This document shows positions 9,919 through 19,588 of a stretch of DNA of 51,916 nt, piece after piece. The notes beneath the pieces are model-generated. The model had not been told where the DNA came from, did not search any database, and saw nothing but the letters and a program-made list of their open reading frames with translations. Within the stretch, counting starts at the first letter, position 1; the number at the start of each line of letters is the position of its first letter. Both the position numbers and the translations under genes were made by a program. Origin of the DNA: Clostridia bacterium (GTDB taxonomy: Bacteria > CBDUZB01 > JAGLHV01); assembly GCA_030637025.1 (NCBI GenBank), contig DAOVVV010000019.1, positions 1 to 51,916 of the forward strand, written 5' to 3'.

Positions 9919-10731
9919 TTAAACTAATTCCTTTAAAGCCCGGTCTGTCTCTTCCTTGCTGGGAGCTTTACCATGCCAGCCGGCTACATTTTCCATAAAA
10001 GATATGCCTTTTCCTTTTATAGTATGAGCGATTATTACCGTTGGCTTATTTTTTTCTTCCTGGGCAGCTTTAAAAGCATTGAGTATTTCCTGCATTTTAT
10101 GCCCATCAATTTCTATAGTATTCCACCCAAAAGAATTCCATTTTTCCCTTAAAGGCTCAATGTTCATCACTTCTTTCAGGCACCCATCTATTTGCAATCC
10201 ATTATTATCAACAACAGCACATAAATTGTTTAATCGATAATGAGCACCAGCCATTGCTGCCTCCCAAATTTGTCCTTCATCAAGCTCTCCATCTCCCATT
10301 AAACAATACACTCTTTGTAATTTATTATCTAATTTAAATCCTAAAGCATTCCCAACAGATATAGATAAACCCTGCCCTAAGGAACCACTGGAAACCTCTA
10401 TCCCCGGTAATTTTTTATCTTTTCCCGGATGCCCTTGTAAACGGCTATTTAATTTACGTAAAGTAAATAATTCCTCTCGATTAAAATATCCGGCCCGAGC
10501 CAAACAAGCATATTGAACAGGACAACTGTGACCTTTGGATAAAATAAAACGATCTCTCTCAATCCAATTGGGTTTTTGCGGATCATGCTTTAAAACAGAA
10601 AAATATAAAGCAACCATAATCTCTGTGGAAGACAATGATCCTCCCGGATGTCCTGATTTAGATTCCTGCAACATTAAAACAATGTCTCTTCTTATCTGAG
10701 TAGCCTTTTTTTCTAATTCCTTATTTTCCAA
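9919..10731 (-). CDS. tktA: Transketolase, N-terminal (TPP-binding) subunit
   Basis: GHPGGSLS, RDRFILSKGH, GSLGQG, GDGE..EG TPP motif, WHGKAP. Confidence 0.92.
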   Translation of the reverse strand: MENKELEKKATQIRRDIVLMLQESKSGHPGGSLSSTEIMVALYFSVLKHDPQKPNWIERDRFILSKGHSCPVQYACLARAGYFNREELFTLRKLNSRLQGHPGKDKKLPGIEVSSGSLGQGLSISVGNALGFKLDNKLQRVYCLMGDGELDEGQIWEAAMAGAHYRLNNLCAVVDNNGLQIDGCLKEVMNIEPLREKWNSFGWNTIEIDGHKMQEILNAFKAAQEEKNKPTVIIAHTIKGKGISFMENVAGWHGKAPSKEETDRALKELV

Positions 10732-10778
10732 TTTAAATTACTCTCCACCTAAAATTCAAAATTTCTATTTTAAATTTA

Positions 10779-13046
10779 TTATTTTTTATGACTTACTAAA
10801 ACAATATCTAAAACCAGATTCAAAAATCTAAATTGTTTGCCTATATCTGCGAAAGGAACAAATTGTAAAGAAATTTTAGCATCGCTCAAAAATGCGTTTA
10901 AGCCGGTAGAAAACTCCGCCTCTTTTAATTCTTTACCCTTTGGCGGACCTAAAACTATAACAATTTTTAACCCGGCTTTTTTACATAAATCAACAAAAAA
11001 CTTATATTCTACCTTTTCATAAGGTATATATTCTTTTTCAAATACTGCTTTTAATTGAAATTTTAATTTATGCTTTTCAATAACACTTTCGAACTCCTTT
11101 TTTATTTTTTTTAATTCTTCTTCATGCTCCTGAGGATAAAAATAACCTACTTTAACTACTTTAACAGTTTTACCGTTTGTAGTTACTTCCTCTATAGTTG
11201 CTTTTTGTGTAGAATAAATTTCTTCTACTAAAGAAACTTTTTCTATCGGTTTTTCCTCTATTGTTTTTTCCTCTTTTTCCTCAGGCTTTTCCTCAGGCTT
11301 TTTCTCAGGCTTTTTCTCAGGCTTTTTCTCAGGCTTTTTCTCAGGCTTTTCCTCAGGCTTTTCCTCAGGCTTTTTCTCAGGCTTTTCCTCAGGCTTTTCC
11401 TCAGGCTTTTCCTCGTATTTTTGTTCCGGTTCTCTTCTTTTATCCTTAAAACTAAACACTTCTCTCTCTAAAAATTCTTCCGCTCTCTTTTTTTCTTTTT
11501 CTTCGATTGATTTTTCCTTTATTTCTGTTTTTTGCTTTCCTTCTTCTGGACTCTCCTTTTCAGAAGGAAGAAGTTCTTCCAACAAAGTTTTTATCGTTTC
11601 CAAATTTACTTCCTGTTTAGTAAGCTGAACATAAGCCTCTATTCTTTTTAAAAAACCTTCTAATTCGCGAATATTAGACTTTAATCTTCCGGCAATATAA
11701 AGAAGAATATCGTCGTCCAGTTTCATGTTTTGAGCTTCTTCTTTCTTTTTTAAAATAGCTACCCGTGTCTCCAAATTAGGCGACTTAATATCCGCAGTTA
11801 ATCCCCATTCAAACCTTGATTTCAACCGCTCTTCTACATCTACTAATTTTTTGGGTGGTTTATCACTGGTAATAACTATTTGCTTTTGTTCATCATATAA
11901 AATATTAAAAGTGTGAAAAAATTCTTCCTGTGTAGATTCTGCTTCTGCTAAAAACTGAATATCATCTACCAATAAAATATCAAATTTTCTGCAATGACTT
12001 CGAAAATTCTTTACTGTTCCCTGCCGAATAGCATCGATCACATCTTCTATAAATTTTTCTGCAGTAATATACAACACTTTTAAATTTTTATTTTCCCCCC
12101 GGGCAAAATGCCCTATAGCATGTAAAAGGTGCGTTTTTCCCAAACCTACTCCACCATAAATAAATAACGGATTATAAATTTTTCCGGGGTTTTCTGCTAC
12201 AGCTAAAGCAGCCGCATGAGTAAATCGACTATTAGGGCCAACGACAAAATTATTGAAGGTATACCTCTGATTTAATTTTACTTCTCCAAAAAGTTTTTCG
12301 CTCTCTTCTTTTTCTTTTTCACTATTTTGATTTACTTCAACATCTAATAAATTTTTTTCTCTTAAAAGATCCTCTATTTCCTCACTTCTTTGAGGTGTCC
12401 CGGTTTTTTGTTTGACTTTTTTAGTTTGTTCTAATAAAAAGTCCTCGTCTATTTCTTCTAGTTCCTTTTGCTCCTTCACTTTTTCTTTTACTTTTTCTTT
12501 TACTTTTTCTTTCACTTCTTCTTTTATTTCTTCTTTTATTTCTTCTTTTACTTCCTCTTTTACTTCCTCTTTTACTTCCTCTTTTACTTCCTCTTTTATT
12601 TCTTCTTTTATTTCTTCTTTTGCTTCCTCTTTTACTTCCCCTTTTACTTCCTCTTTTATCTCTTCTTTTGCTTTCTCTTTTACCCCTTCTTTTTTGATTG
12701 TCTTTTTTTCATAATTTACTATATTTTCTAAAATATATTCCAACGATGGGGTAGTTTCTGTTTCAGCAGAATTTTCTACACCTTCTTTATTTTCTTTTTC
12801 CTTAGACTTCATAGGACAAATTTTTTGTAAAGTGTTTTCTATTCTCCCCTTTTCTTCCTTATTTACATTATAAACATAGAAAACCCAATTAAACAATTTA
12901 CTTATTGGAACAAAGGATTTACCACAATCTTTACCAACTTTCTTTATTAAATCGAAAAGATCCTCTTCATTTCCATCTATTCTTATCTTATATCTGCGGG
13001 CATCTTTTTCACATGGAGCATAAATAAACTCCCATTTTTTAATCAT
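10779..13046 (-). CDS. DnaA-like AAA+ ATPase lacking domain IV, with repeat linkers and unrecognised N- and C-terminal domains
   Basis: YTFNNFVVG, NPLFIYGGVGLGKTHL, DDIQFL, QEEFFHTFN, RLKSRFEWG, NIRELEG; no RQIAMYL/GGRDHTTV helix-turn-helix. Confidence 0.85.
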   Translation of the reverse strand: MIKKWEFIYAPCEKDARRYKIRIDGNEEDLFDLIKKVGKDCGKSFVPISKLFNWVFYVYNVNKEEKGRIENTLQKICPMKSKEKENKEGVENSAETETTPSLEYILENIVNYEKKTIKKEGVKEKAKEEIKEEVKGEVKEEAKEEIKEEIKEEVKEEVKEEVKEEVKEEIKEEIKEEVKEKVKEKVKEKVKEQKELEEIDEDFLLEQTKKVKQKTGTPQRSEEIEDLLREKNLLDVEVNQNSEKEKEESEKLFGEVKLNQRYTFNNFVVGPNSRFTHAAALAVAENPGKIYNPLFIYGGVGLGKTHLLHAIGHFARGENKNLKVLYITAEKFIEDVIDAIRQGTVKNFRSHCRKFDILLVDDIQFLAEAESTQEEFFHTFNILYDEQKQIVITSDKPPKKLVDVEERLKSRFEWGLTADIKSPNLETRVAILKKKEEAQNMKLDDDILLYIAGRLKSNIRELEGFLKRIEAYVQLTKQEVNLETIKTLLEELLPSEKESPEEGKQKTEIKEKSIEEKEKKRAEEFLEREVFSFKDKRREPEQKYEEKPEEKPEEKPEKKPEEKPEEKPEKKPEKKPEKKPEKKPEEKPEEKEEKTIEEKPIEKVSLVEEIYSTQKATIEEVTTNGKTVKVVKVGYFYPQEHEEELKKIKKEFESVIEKHKLKFQLKAVFEKEYIPYEKVEYKFFVDLCKKAGLKIVIVLGPPKGKELKEAEFSTGLNAFLSDAKISLQFVPFADIGKQFRFLNLVLDIVLVSHKK
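11275..11414. repeat. 12-bp tandem repeat TTTT(C/T)CTCAGGC x11, encoding E(E/K)KP
   Basis: TCAGGC recurs every 12 nt from 11281 to 11401. Confidence 0.95.
12471..12692. repeat. Degenerate 12-bp tandem repeat, about 18 copies, encoding KE(E/K)(V/I/A)
   Basis: TTTTACTTCCTC-like units; protein reads KEEVKEEVKEEI... Confidence 0.9.
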
Positions 13047-13074
13047 TTGTCCCTTTTCCTCAAACCTTCATTTT

Positions 13075-13473
13075 TTAAGCTTTATTTTCTTCCTTAACAA
13101 ATTTTTCATATTTTTGAGCATCTAATAACAAATCTATTTCTGCCCTGTCCTTTATTTTTAATTTTATCACCCACCCTGCCTGATAAACACTTGTATTTAT
13201 TATCCCGGGATTATCCGCCAGAGAAAAATTAACATCAATTATTTCACCACTTAATGGACTAATCAAGTCGGAAACTGCCTTAGCTGATTCTATAATTCCA
13301 AAACTATCTCCCTTTTTTAAACCTTTCCCTGTTTGGGGTAATTCTACAAAAATTACTTCTCCCATTAGTTTTTGAGCATACTCACTAATACCTATTATCC
13401 CTAAATCTCCCTCAATTTTCACCCAACTATGTTCCGGAGAATATTTCAGTTCTTGAGGAAATTTTTTTTCCAT
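13075..13473 (-). CDS. gcvH: Glycine cleavage system H / lipoyl-carrier protein
   Basis: YSPEHSWV, GISEYAQ, ESAKAVSDL (lipoyl Lys), SPLSGEI. Confidence 0.92.
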   Translation of the reverse strand: MEKKFPQELKYSPEHSWVKIEGDLGIIGISEYAQKLMGEVIFVELPQTGKGLKKGDSFGIIESAKAVSDLISPLSGEIIDVNFSLADNPGIINTSVYQAGWVIKLKIKDRAEIDLLLDAQKYEKFVKEENKA

Positions 13474-13486
13474 TTTTACTCTCCTT

Positions 13487-14563
13487 TTAATTTTCCCCTT
13501 TAGAAATCCCTCTCATTTTTAACATTACATTATCCGGATTAGTAGCATACTCCAGAGCATTCTCTAAAGATATCTTTTTTCCCATATATAACTGATAAAT
13601 CGCCTGATCAAAAGTTTTCATCCCATAAAATTCTCCCTGCTCCATTACTTTGTATAAATCTTTATTTTGAGCATCAAGAATAAGCTTTTTTATTAAAGAT
13701 GTCCCTATTAATATTTCAGTCGCAGGAACTACACTTTCACCATCTATCCCGGGAATCAACCTTTGCGCCACAATGCCACGCAACACATTAGCTAATTGTA
13801 TTCTAGCTTCTGTGGTATTTGCAGAAGGATAAAGACTAATTATTCGGTCGAGGGTCTGTACTGCATCCAGAGTATGAATGGTAGAAAAAACTAAATGCCC
13901 TGTCTCAGCAGCAAGGATACCTTGTCGGATGGTTTCAAAATCACGCATTTCTCCAAGAACGATGACATCCGGATCCTGCCTCAAAATATATCTTAAGGCA
14001 CTAGAAAAAGAATTGGTATCTTCCCCCACTTCTCTCTGACTAATCGTGGCTTTTTCATCCTGATGATAAAACTCAATAGGATCTTCAACCGTAATTATAT
14101 TACATGCTCTATTTTTATTAATATAATCTATCATTGTATTCATCGTTGTAGTTTTCCCTGCCCCTGTTACCCCTGTTATTAAAATTAGCCCCCTTTGTTC
14201 CTGGCATAATTTTATTAATGTCTCCATAGGTAAATTTAAGTCCTCAAACTTTTTCATTTCTAAAGGAATAACCCTTAAAGTAAGAGCGATAGACCCTTTT
14301 TGACGATAAACATTTACCCGAAAACGGGAAACCCCGGAAATAGTATGTGAAAAATCTAATTCTTTTTCCCGTTCAAAGATTTGCCTGTGCAGCGGATTCA
14401 TCAATTTATAAGCAATTTCTTCTATATGTTTAGGTGTAAATCCTTCAAAAGCAGTGGCAATTAATTTCCCATTAATTCTAACTAATGGTGAAACTCCGGC
14501 TTTAAAATGAATATCCGAAATACCTTTTTTAATCATTAATTGTAAGATTTCATTAATATCCAT
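13487..14563 (-). CDS. pilT: PilT/PilU-family type IV pilus retraction ATPase
   Basis: SDIHF, RFRVNVY, GVTGAGKTTT, TVEDPIEF, LRQDPDVI..GEMRD, AETGHLVFSTIHT. Confidence 0.9.
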   Translation of the reverse strand: MDINEILQLMIKKGISDIHFKAGVSPLVRINGKLIATAFEGFTPKHIEEIAYKLMNPLHRQIFEREKELDFSHTISGVSRFRVNVYRQKGSIALTLRVIPLEMKKFEDLNLPMETLIKLCQEQRGLILITGVTGAGKTTTMNTMIDYINKNRACNIITVEDPIEFYHQDEKATISQREVGEDTNSFSSALRYILRQDPDVIVLGEMRDFETIRQGILAAETGHLVFSTIHTLDAVQTLDRIISLYPSANTTEARIQLANVLRGIVAQRLIPGIDGESVVPATEILIGTSLIKKLILDAQNKDLYKVMEQGEFYGMKTFDQAIYQLYMGKKISLENALEYATNPDNVMLKMRGISKGEN

Positions 14564-14622
14564 TCATTCCTCCTTAATTAAAACTCTTTTTTAATCATCC
14601 TAAAACAAAAACAATTTTCAGT

Positions 14623-15081
14623 CTATTTTTTCTTAAAATATTTTTTTTCTATATCCATAATTTTCTCAATACGGCATATATGTCTTTCTTCTTTAGAAAA
14701 AGGGGTACGTATCCAGTTTTCAATTATTTGATTCGCTTTATCTTTATTTACAATTTCACTTCCCAAACAAAGAATGTTTGCTTTATTATGTTTTCTTACC
14801 AAAAAGGCGATTTGCTCATCATAAACAAGAGCTGCTCTTATCCCGGGAATTTTATTAGCAGCAATACTCATCCCTACTCCGGTAGCACAACAAAGAATAC
14901 CTCTTTCATAGTCCCGAGTACTTACTGCTTCTGCTGCAAGTAAAGCAAAATCGGGATAATCACAAGGTTCCCGATTAAAACAACCAACATCTTTTACCTG
15001 ATGTCCTGCTTTTTTTAAAAAAAGTTTTATCTCTTCTTTTAATTCAAATCCTCTGTGATCTGCTCCCAGGGCGATATTCAT
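14623..15081 (-). CDS. rpiB: Ribose-5-phosphate isomerase B
   Basis: ADHRG, CATGVGMSIAANK, HNKANIL; start moved to the internal ATG (MNIALG), which follows an AAGG-containing RBS. Confidence 0.92.
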   Translation of the reverse strand: MNIALGADHRGFELKEEIKLFLKKAGHQVKDVGCFNREPCDYPDFALLAAEAVSTRDYERGILCCATGVGMSIAANKIPGIRAALVYDEQIAFLVRKHNKANILCLGSEIVNKDKANQIIENWIRTPFSKEERHICRIEKIMDIEKKYFKKK

Positions 15082-15104
15082 AAATATACCTTTCCTTCTT
15101 TCAA

Positions 15105-15704
15105 TCATTCTTCTGTAAAATTAACAATCTGGACTTTTTGCCCGTTTTTTAATCCGCAAGCATTCGCTTCATCCATGTCTATATGACATTCCAGAGCAAA
15201 ATCTTTTCTTACTCTAACTTGAACATTACCAAAAATAAGTCCTCTTTCTCCTTTAACCTTCACATTTACTATCTCTTTATCCTTAACTTTATATTGTTTA
15301 GCTTCCTCAGCCTTCATATGAATATGACGACGAACTATAATACAACAGGCTTTTGCTTCTATTTTTCCTTTCGGCCCAATAATACCGATTTTAGCACTTC
15401 CTTCTAAAGCTCCTGAATCTCTTAAAGGAGGATTTATTCCTAAATAAAATCCTTCTGTTCGGGAAATTTCTATCTGGGTTTTCTTTCTTAAAGGCCCGAT
15501 TATTCTCACTTTATTAATTACATTTTTCGGTCCAACTATATTTACCTTTTCTTTACAGGCATATTGTCCCGGTTGAAGCAAATTCTTTAGGTTATTTAAC
15601 TTATAACCCTTTCCAAAAAGACAAAACAAATCTTCTTCGGACAAATGGATATGATGATTAGATATATTAGCAGTAACAGATTCTCCAATACTTTTTAATT
15701 TCAT
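15105..15704 (-). CDS. pduL: PduL-type phosphate acyltransferase (phosphotransacylase)
   Basis: SNHHIHLS, QPGQYA, RRHIHM, HIDMDEANA. Confidence 0.9.
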   Translation of the reverse strand: MKLKSIGESVTANISNHHIHLSEEDLFCLFGKGYKLNNLKNLLQPGQYACKEKVNIVGPKNVINKVRIIGPLRKKTQIEISRTEGFYLGINPPLRDSGALEGSAKIGIIGPKGKIEAKACCIIVRRHIHMKAEEAKQYKVKDKEIVNVKVKGERGLIFGNVQVRVRKDFALECHIDMDEANACGLKNGQKVQIVNFTEE

Positions 15705-15756
15705 CCTTGTTTCTCCCGGAAATATAAGTAAGAATAAATTTCAAATTTACATTATA

Positions 15757-16506
15757 TTATATAAACTTTACAATTTTAATAAAATTATCTGCTGATAAAC
15801 TTGCCCCTCCCACTAATCCTCCATCTATATTTTTACAAGCCATAAGAACAGAAATGTTTTCCGGTTTAATACTTCCACCATATAAAATTCTTATTTCTTC
15901 TGATTTTCCTACAAACATATTTTCTAATAATTCCCTTATGAACTTATGAACTTCTTCTGCCTGAAGAGGAGTTGCTGTTTTACCCGTACCTATAGCCCAA
16001 ATCGGTTCATACGCAATAACTAATTTTCTAAAATCTTCTATCTTTAAACCATCCAATCCTTCTCTTAGTTGTTTTTCTACGACCTTAAAAGCATCTCCTT
16101 TTTCTCTCTGGGTTAATGTTTCACCCACACAAACAATAGGAATTAAATTATAAGCAAAAGCCGCTTTTACTTTTTTGTTAACAAACTCATTGGTCTCCCC
16201 AAAATAAATTCTTCTTTCCGAATGCCCAATAATTACATAATCACATCCAGCATCTTTCAACATTAAAGGGGATATTTCTCCCGTATAAGCTCCTGTTTTT
16301 TCCCAATACATATTTTGTCCGCCCAAAAAAATATTAGAATTACAAATTACTTTTTTTACTTCTTTTAACACTGTAAAAGGGGGACAAACAACAACCTCCC
16401 GGTCTTCCACATTTTTTAATTCTGTTTTCAAATCATTCACTAAAGACACAGCCTTTTCTGTTTCATTATTCATTTTCCAATTTCCAGCAATTAATGCCTT
16501 TCTCAA
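15757..16506 (-). CDS. tpiA: Triosephosphate isomerase
   Basis: AGNWKMN, IGHSERR, AYEPIWAIGTG, LVGGASL; TTG start after AGGAGG. Confidence 0.97.
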   Translation of the reverse strand: MRKALIAGNWKMNNETEKAVSLVNDLKTELKNVEDREVVVCPPFTVLKEVKKVICNSNIFLGGQNMYWEKTGAYTGEISPLMLKDAGCDYVIIGHSERRIYFGETNEFVNKKVKAAFAYNLIPIVCVGETLTQREKGDAFKVVEKQLREGLDGLKIEDFRKLVIAYEPIWAIGTGKTATPLQAEEVHKFIRELLENMFVGKSEEIRILYGGSIKPENISVLMACKNIDGGLVGGASLSADNFIKIVKFI

Positions 16507-16621
16507 AACAGTAACCCTCCTTTATTCTCATTAAATATAAATAAAGACGAAATCATAATCCACTCTTCGCAGACTATGATTTTACCTTTAATAACTCATT
16601 TTTTTCCTGCTTAATTATGCT

Positions 16622-16650
16622 AATTTATCATATTTTTCCCTTTTTTGCAA
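16622..16650 (-). promoter_or_regulatory. Putative sigma70 promoter of the tpiA operon
   Basis: Minus strand TTGCAA-N17-TAAATT with TGn extended -10. Confidence 0.55.
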
Positions 16651-16697
16651 GAAATTTATCTTTTTTGAATATTCTATACCTGTATAAAATCTTACTT

Positions 16698-17978
16698 TTA
16701 CATGCTGTTTAATTCCATTGCTTTAAGAAAATCTTTATTGGATTTAGTTGCCTGCAGTTTTTCTATTAATAATTCCATTGCTTCTACAATGTTTAAAGAA
16801 CTTACAACCTTCCTCAATATCCAAATTTTATTTAATTCATTTTCCGAAAGCAATAAATCTTCTTTCCTCGTTCCTGAGCGATTTATATCAATAGCAGGAA
16901 AAATCCTTTTGTCTACCAATTTTCTATCCAGACAAATTTCAAGATTTCCCGTCCCTTTAAACTCTTCAAAAATTACGTCGTCCATGCGAGAACCGGTATC
17001 CACTAAAGCAGTAGCTAAAATAGTCAAACTACCCCCTTCTTCTATATTCCGTGCAGCCCCAAAAAATCTTTTGGGCCGTTGGAGAGCAGTAGAATCTATT
17101 CCTCCGGAAAGCACTCTCCCGCTGGAAGGGGTAATTGTATTATAGGCACGAGCTAAACGGGTTATACTGTCTAATAAAATTACCACATCTTTTTTGTGTT
17201 CTACCAACCTTCTTGCTTTTTCTATAACCATTTCTGCTACCTGAATATGTCTATCAGAAGATTCATCAAAGGTAGAAGCAATAACCTCTCCTTTTACCGA
17301 ACGCTGCATATCCGTGACTTCTTCCGGCCTTTCATCAATTAATAAAACAATTAAATTAACGTGCGGATTATTAGTCGTTATACTATTTGCTATTTTTTGT
17401 AACAAAATAGTTTTTCCGGTCCGAGGCGGAGCAACAATCAACCCCCTCTGCCCTTTACCTATCGGAACAATCAAATCCATTACTCTGGTAGAAATTTCAT
17501 TTTTTGTGGTTTCCAAGACAAACCTTTCTTCCGGATACAAAGGAGTCAAGTTGTCAAAAAATACTCTTTCTCTAAGATTATCCGGATTTTCTCCGTTGAC
17601 TGCCTCGACTCTTAGCAAGGCAAAAAATCTTTCTCCTTCCTTGGGAGGACGAACCTGCCCTGAAACAGTATCCCCCTTGCGTAAAGCAAATTTCTTTATT
17701 TGTGACGGAGAAGTATAAATATCATCGGGACCCGGCAAATAATTATAATTTGGTGACCGCAAAAACCCGAAACCATCGGGTAATATTTCTAAAACCCCTT
17801 CATCAAAAAGTAAACCGTTTTTCTCCGCCCGTTTTTCCAGTATTTTAAAAATTAATTCTTGTTTCCTCAAACTACCAATACTCTCGACACCTAAACTCTT
17901 AGCAGTTGTTATTAACTGATTCATCGTCATTTTGGCTAAATGGGTAATATCCAAAGTCATATTATCTACCGTTTTCAT
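16698..17978 (-). CDS. rho: Transcription termination factor Rho
   Basis: [39 protein letters not shown]; start set at ATG 17978 after AAGGAGGT (the ORF track extends to 18047). Confidence 0.96.
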   Translation of the reverse strand: MKTVDNMTLDITHLAKMTMNQLITTAKSLGVESIGSLRKQELIFKILEKRAEKNGLLFDEGVLEILPDGFGFLRSPNYNYLPGPDDIYTSPSQIKKFALRKGDTVSGQVRPPKEGERFFALLRVEAVNGENPDNLRERVFFDNLTPLYPEERFVLETTKNEISTRVMDLIVPIGKGQRGLIVAPPRTGKTILLQKIANSITTNNPHVNLIVLLIDERPEEVTDMQRSVKGEVIASTFDESSDRHIQVAEMVIEKARRLVEHKKDVVILLDSITRLARAYNTITPSSGRVLSGGIDSTALQRPKRFFGAARNIEEGGSLTILATALVDTGSRMDDVIFEEFKGTGNLEICLDRKLVDKRIFPAIDINRSGTRKEDLLLSENELNKIWILRKVVSSLNIVEAMELLIEKLQATKSNKDFLKAMELNSM

Positions 17979-18105
17979 AAAAACCTCCTTCTTTTTTTTA
18001 TAAAATAAACTGCTTTCCAAATTTTTCCGTATTGTATTTCTTTTCACTCAAACCAAATTTACTTTTACTAAAAATAAACCTCACAAAAAAACATTTTTCA
18101 ACACT

Positions 18106-18723
18106 TTACTCTAAATTAAATAATTTTTGCCAAACATGTTCCACCTTCTTTCTTGTTTTTTGCCTGTTTTTCGAATTATCAACAAGATAATCAGCATACT
18201 CTCTTTTTTTTCTCAACGGCCATTGTTTATTTATTCTTTGTAGAATTTCTTTTTTATTTAATCCGTTTCTTTTTTTTATTCTTTCTATTTGGCAAGCCCG
18301 CGAAACACTAATTACTATTATTTTATCCATAAAAACATTTAACCCTGTCTCAAAAAGAAGGGGCGCATCCACCATTATTATCTGTCCCGGTAATTTAGTG
18401 TTTCGTTTTAATATTCTAATCTCTTTTTTTATCTGATTAATTATTAAAGGATGCATTAATTCGTTTAATTTCTTTAGCTTTTTTCTATCGAAAAAAACTA
18501 TTCTGGACAATTTTTTTCTGTTTATATAAACTGTTGCGTTCCTTTTATATAATATTTGTTTACCAAAATAATTAACAATTTTCTTCCCTGCATTTGTTTG
18601 TGGAGAAAGTATTTTTCGTGCAATTTTATCTGCATCGATAATATATGCCCCTAATCTTTTAAATTCTCCGGCGATAGTACTCTTTCCGCTGCCTATACCT
18701 CCGGTTAGACCAACTACAAGCAT
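18106..18723 (-). CDS. coaE: Dephospho-CoA kinase
   Basis: VGLTGGIGSGKST, DAD, HP, PLLFE; likely start MLVVG at 18723. Confidence 0.93.
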   Translation of the reverse strand: MLVVGLTGGIGSGKSTIAGEFKRLGAYIIDADKIARKILSPQTNAGKKIVNYFGKQILYKRNATVYINRKKLSRIVFFDRKKLKKLNELMHPLIINQIKKEIRILKRNTKLPGQIIMVDAPLLFETGLNVFMDKIIVISVSRACQIERIKKRNGLNKKEILQRINKQWPLRKKREYADYLVDNSKNRQKTRKKVEHVWQKLFNLE

Positions 18724-18743
18724 AATATAAATCTCTCTTTTTT

Positions 18744-19550
18744 TTATTTCTGGCAATTTGGACAAAAAGCTGTTCCTCTTCCTGCTATTTTTATCCCTTT
18801 AAGCATGGACATGCATTTAAAACACATCTTTCCTTTCCGACCATATACTTGAAGCCGTTCCCCCATTTTTCCTTTATTCCCTTCTAAATCCAGGTAAGTA
18901 TTAATTGAAGACCCCCGTAATTTTATTGCTTCCTTTAATACTTCTCTTATTGAAAAAAATAATTCTTTAATTTCTCCGGAATTAAGGCTCGCGGCACCTC
19001 TCGCGGGATTAATTTTTGCTTTGAATAAAGATTCCTGAGCATAAATATTGCCTATGCCCGCTATAAAACTTTGATTCATTAATAAAGATTTAATATTTGC
19101 CTTTTTGTTTTTAATCATTTCATGAAATATTTTCAGAGTGAAATTTTTATCCAAAGGTTCCGGACCTAATTTATTAATTCCTCCTAAATTTTTAAAATCA
19201 CTCACCAGATGCATTTCGCCAAAAAGGCGCCAATCACAAAAATTCAAGTATTGCCCATTGTCTAAAAGGAAACTAATTCTACTTTGCTCTTTTTTGCCGC
19301 CATAAATTAATTGCCCGGTCATTTTAAGATGAATTACTAAGTATTCACCGGAAGAAAATTCAAAAATAAGGTATTTCCCTTTACGAACAATTTTTTTAAA
19401 AATTTTTCCTTTTATTTTGCGGGTAAATTCTTCGATAGCAGGCTTTTTAATGATTTTTGCCGTTTTAATTTCCACGGTTTTTATTTTTAATCCTAAAATT
19501 TTTTTGTCCAAATCCGTTTTGATCGTTTCTACTTCCGGCAACTCAGGCAT
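18744..19550 (-). CDS. mutM: Formamidopyrimidine-DNA glycosylase
   Basis: MPELPEVE, HLKMTG, GIGNIYA, C-terminal zinc finger CFKC...CPNCQ. Confidence 0.96.
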   Translation of the reverse strand: MPELPEVETIKTDLDKKILGLKIKTVEIKTAKIIKKPAIEEFTRKIKGKIFKKIVRKGKYLIFEFSSGEYLVIHLKMTGQLIYGGKKEQSRISFLLDNGQYLNFCDWRLFGEMHLVSDFKNLGGINKLGPEPLDKNFTLKIFHEMIKNKKANIKSLLMNQSFIAGIGNIYAQESLFKAKINPARGAASLNSGEIKELFFSIREVLKEAIKLRGSSINTYLDLEGNKGKMGERLQVYGRKGKMCFKCMSMLKGIKIAGRGTAFCPNCQK

Positions 19551-19588
19551 AACATTCCCCTTCTATTACATAAACGCTAACAAATTTT

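Noticed and set aside
11275-12692. Tandem repeats as a CRISPR array
   Set aside because: They are contiguous in-frame 12-bp coding units with no spacers, and no cas genes are present.
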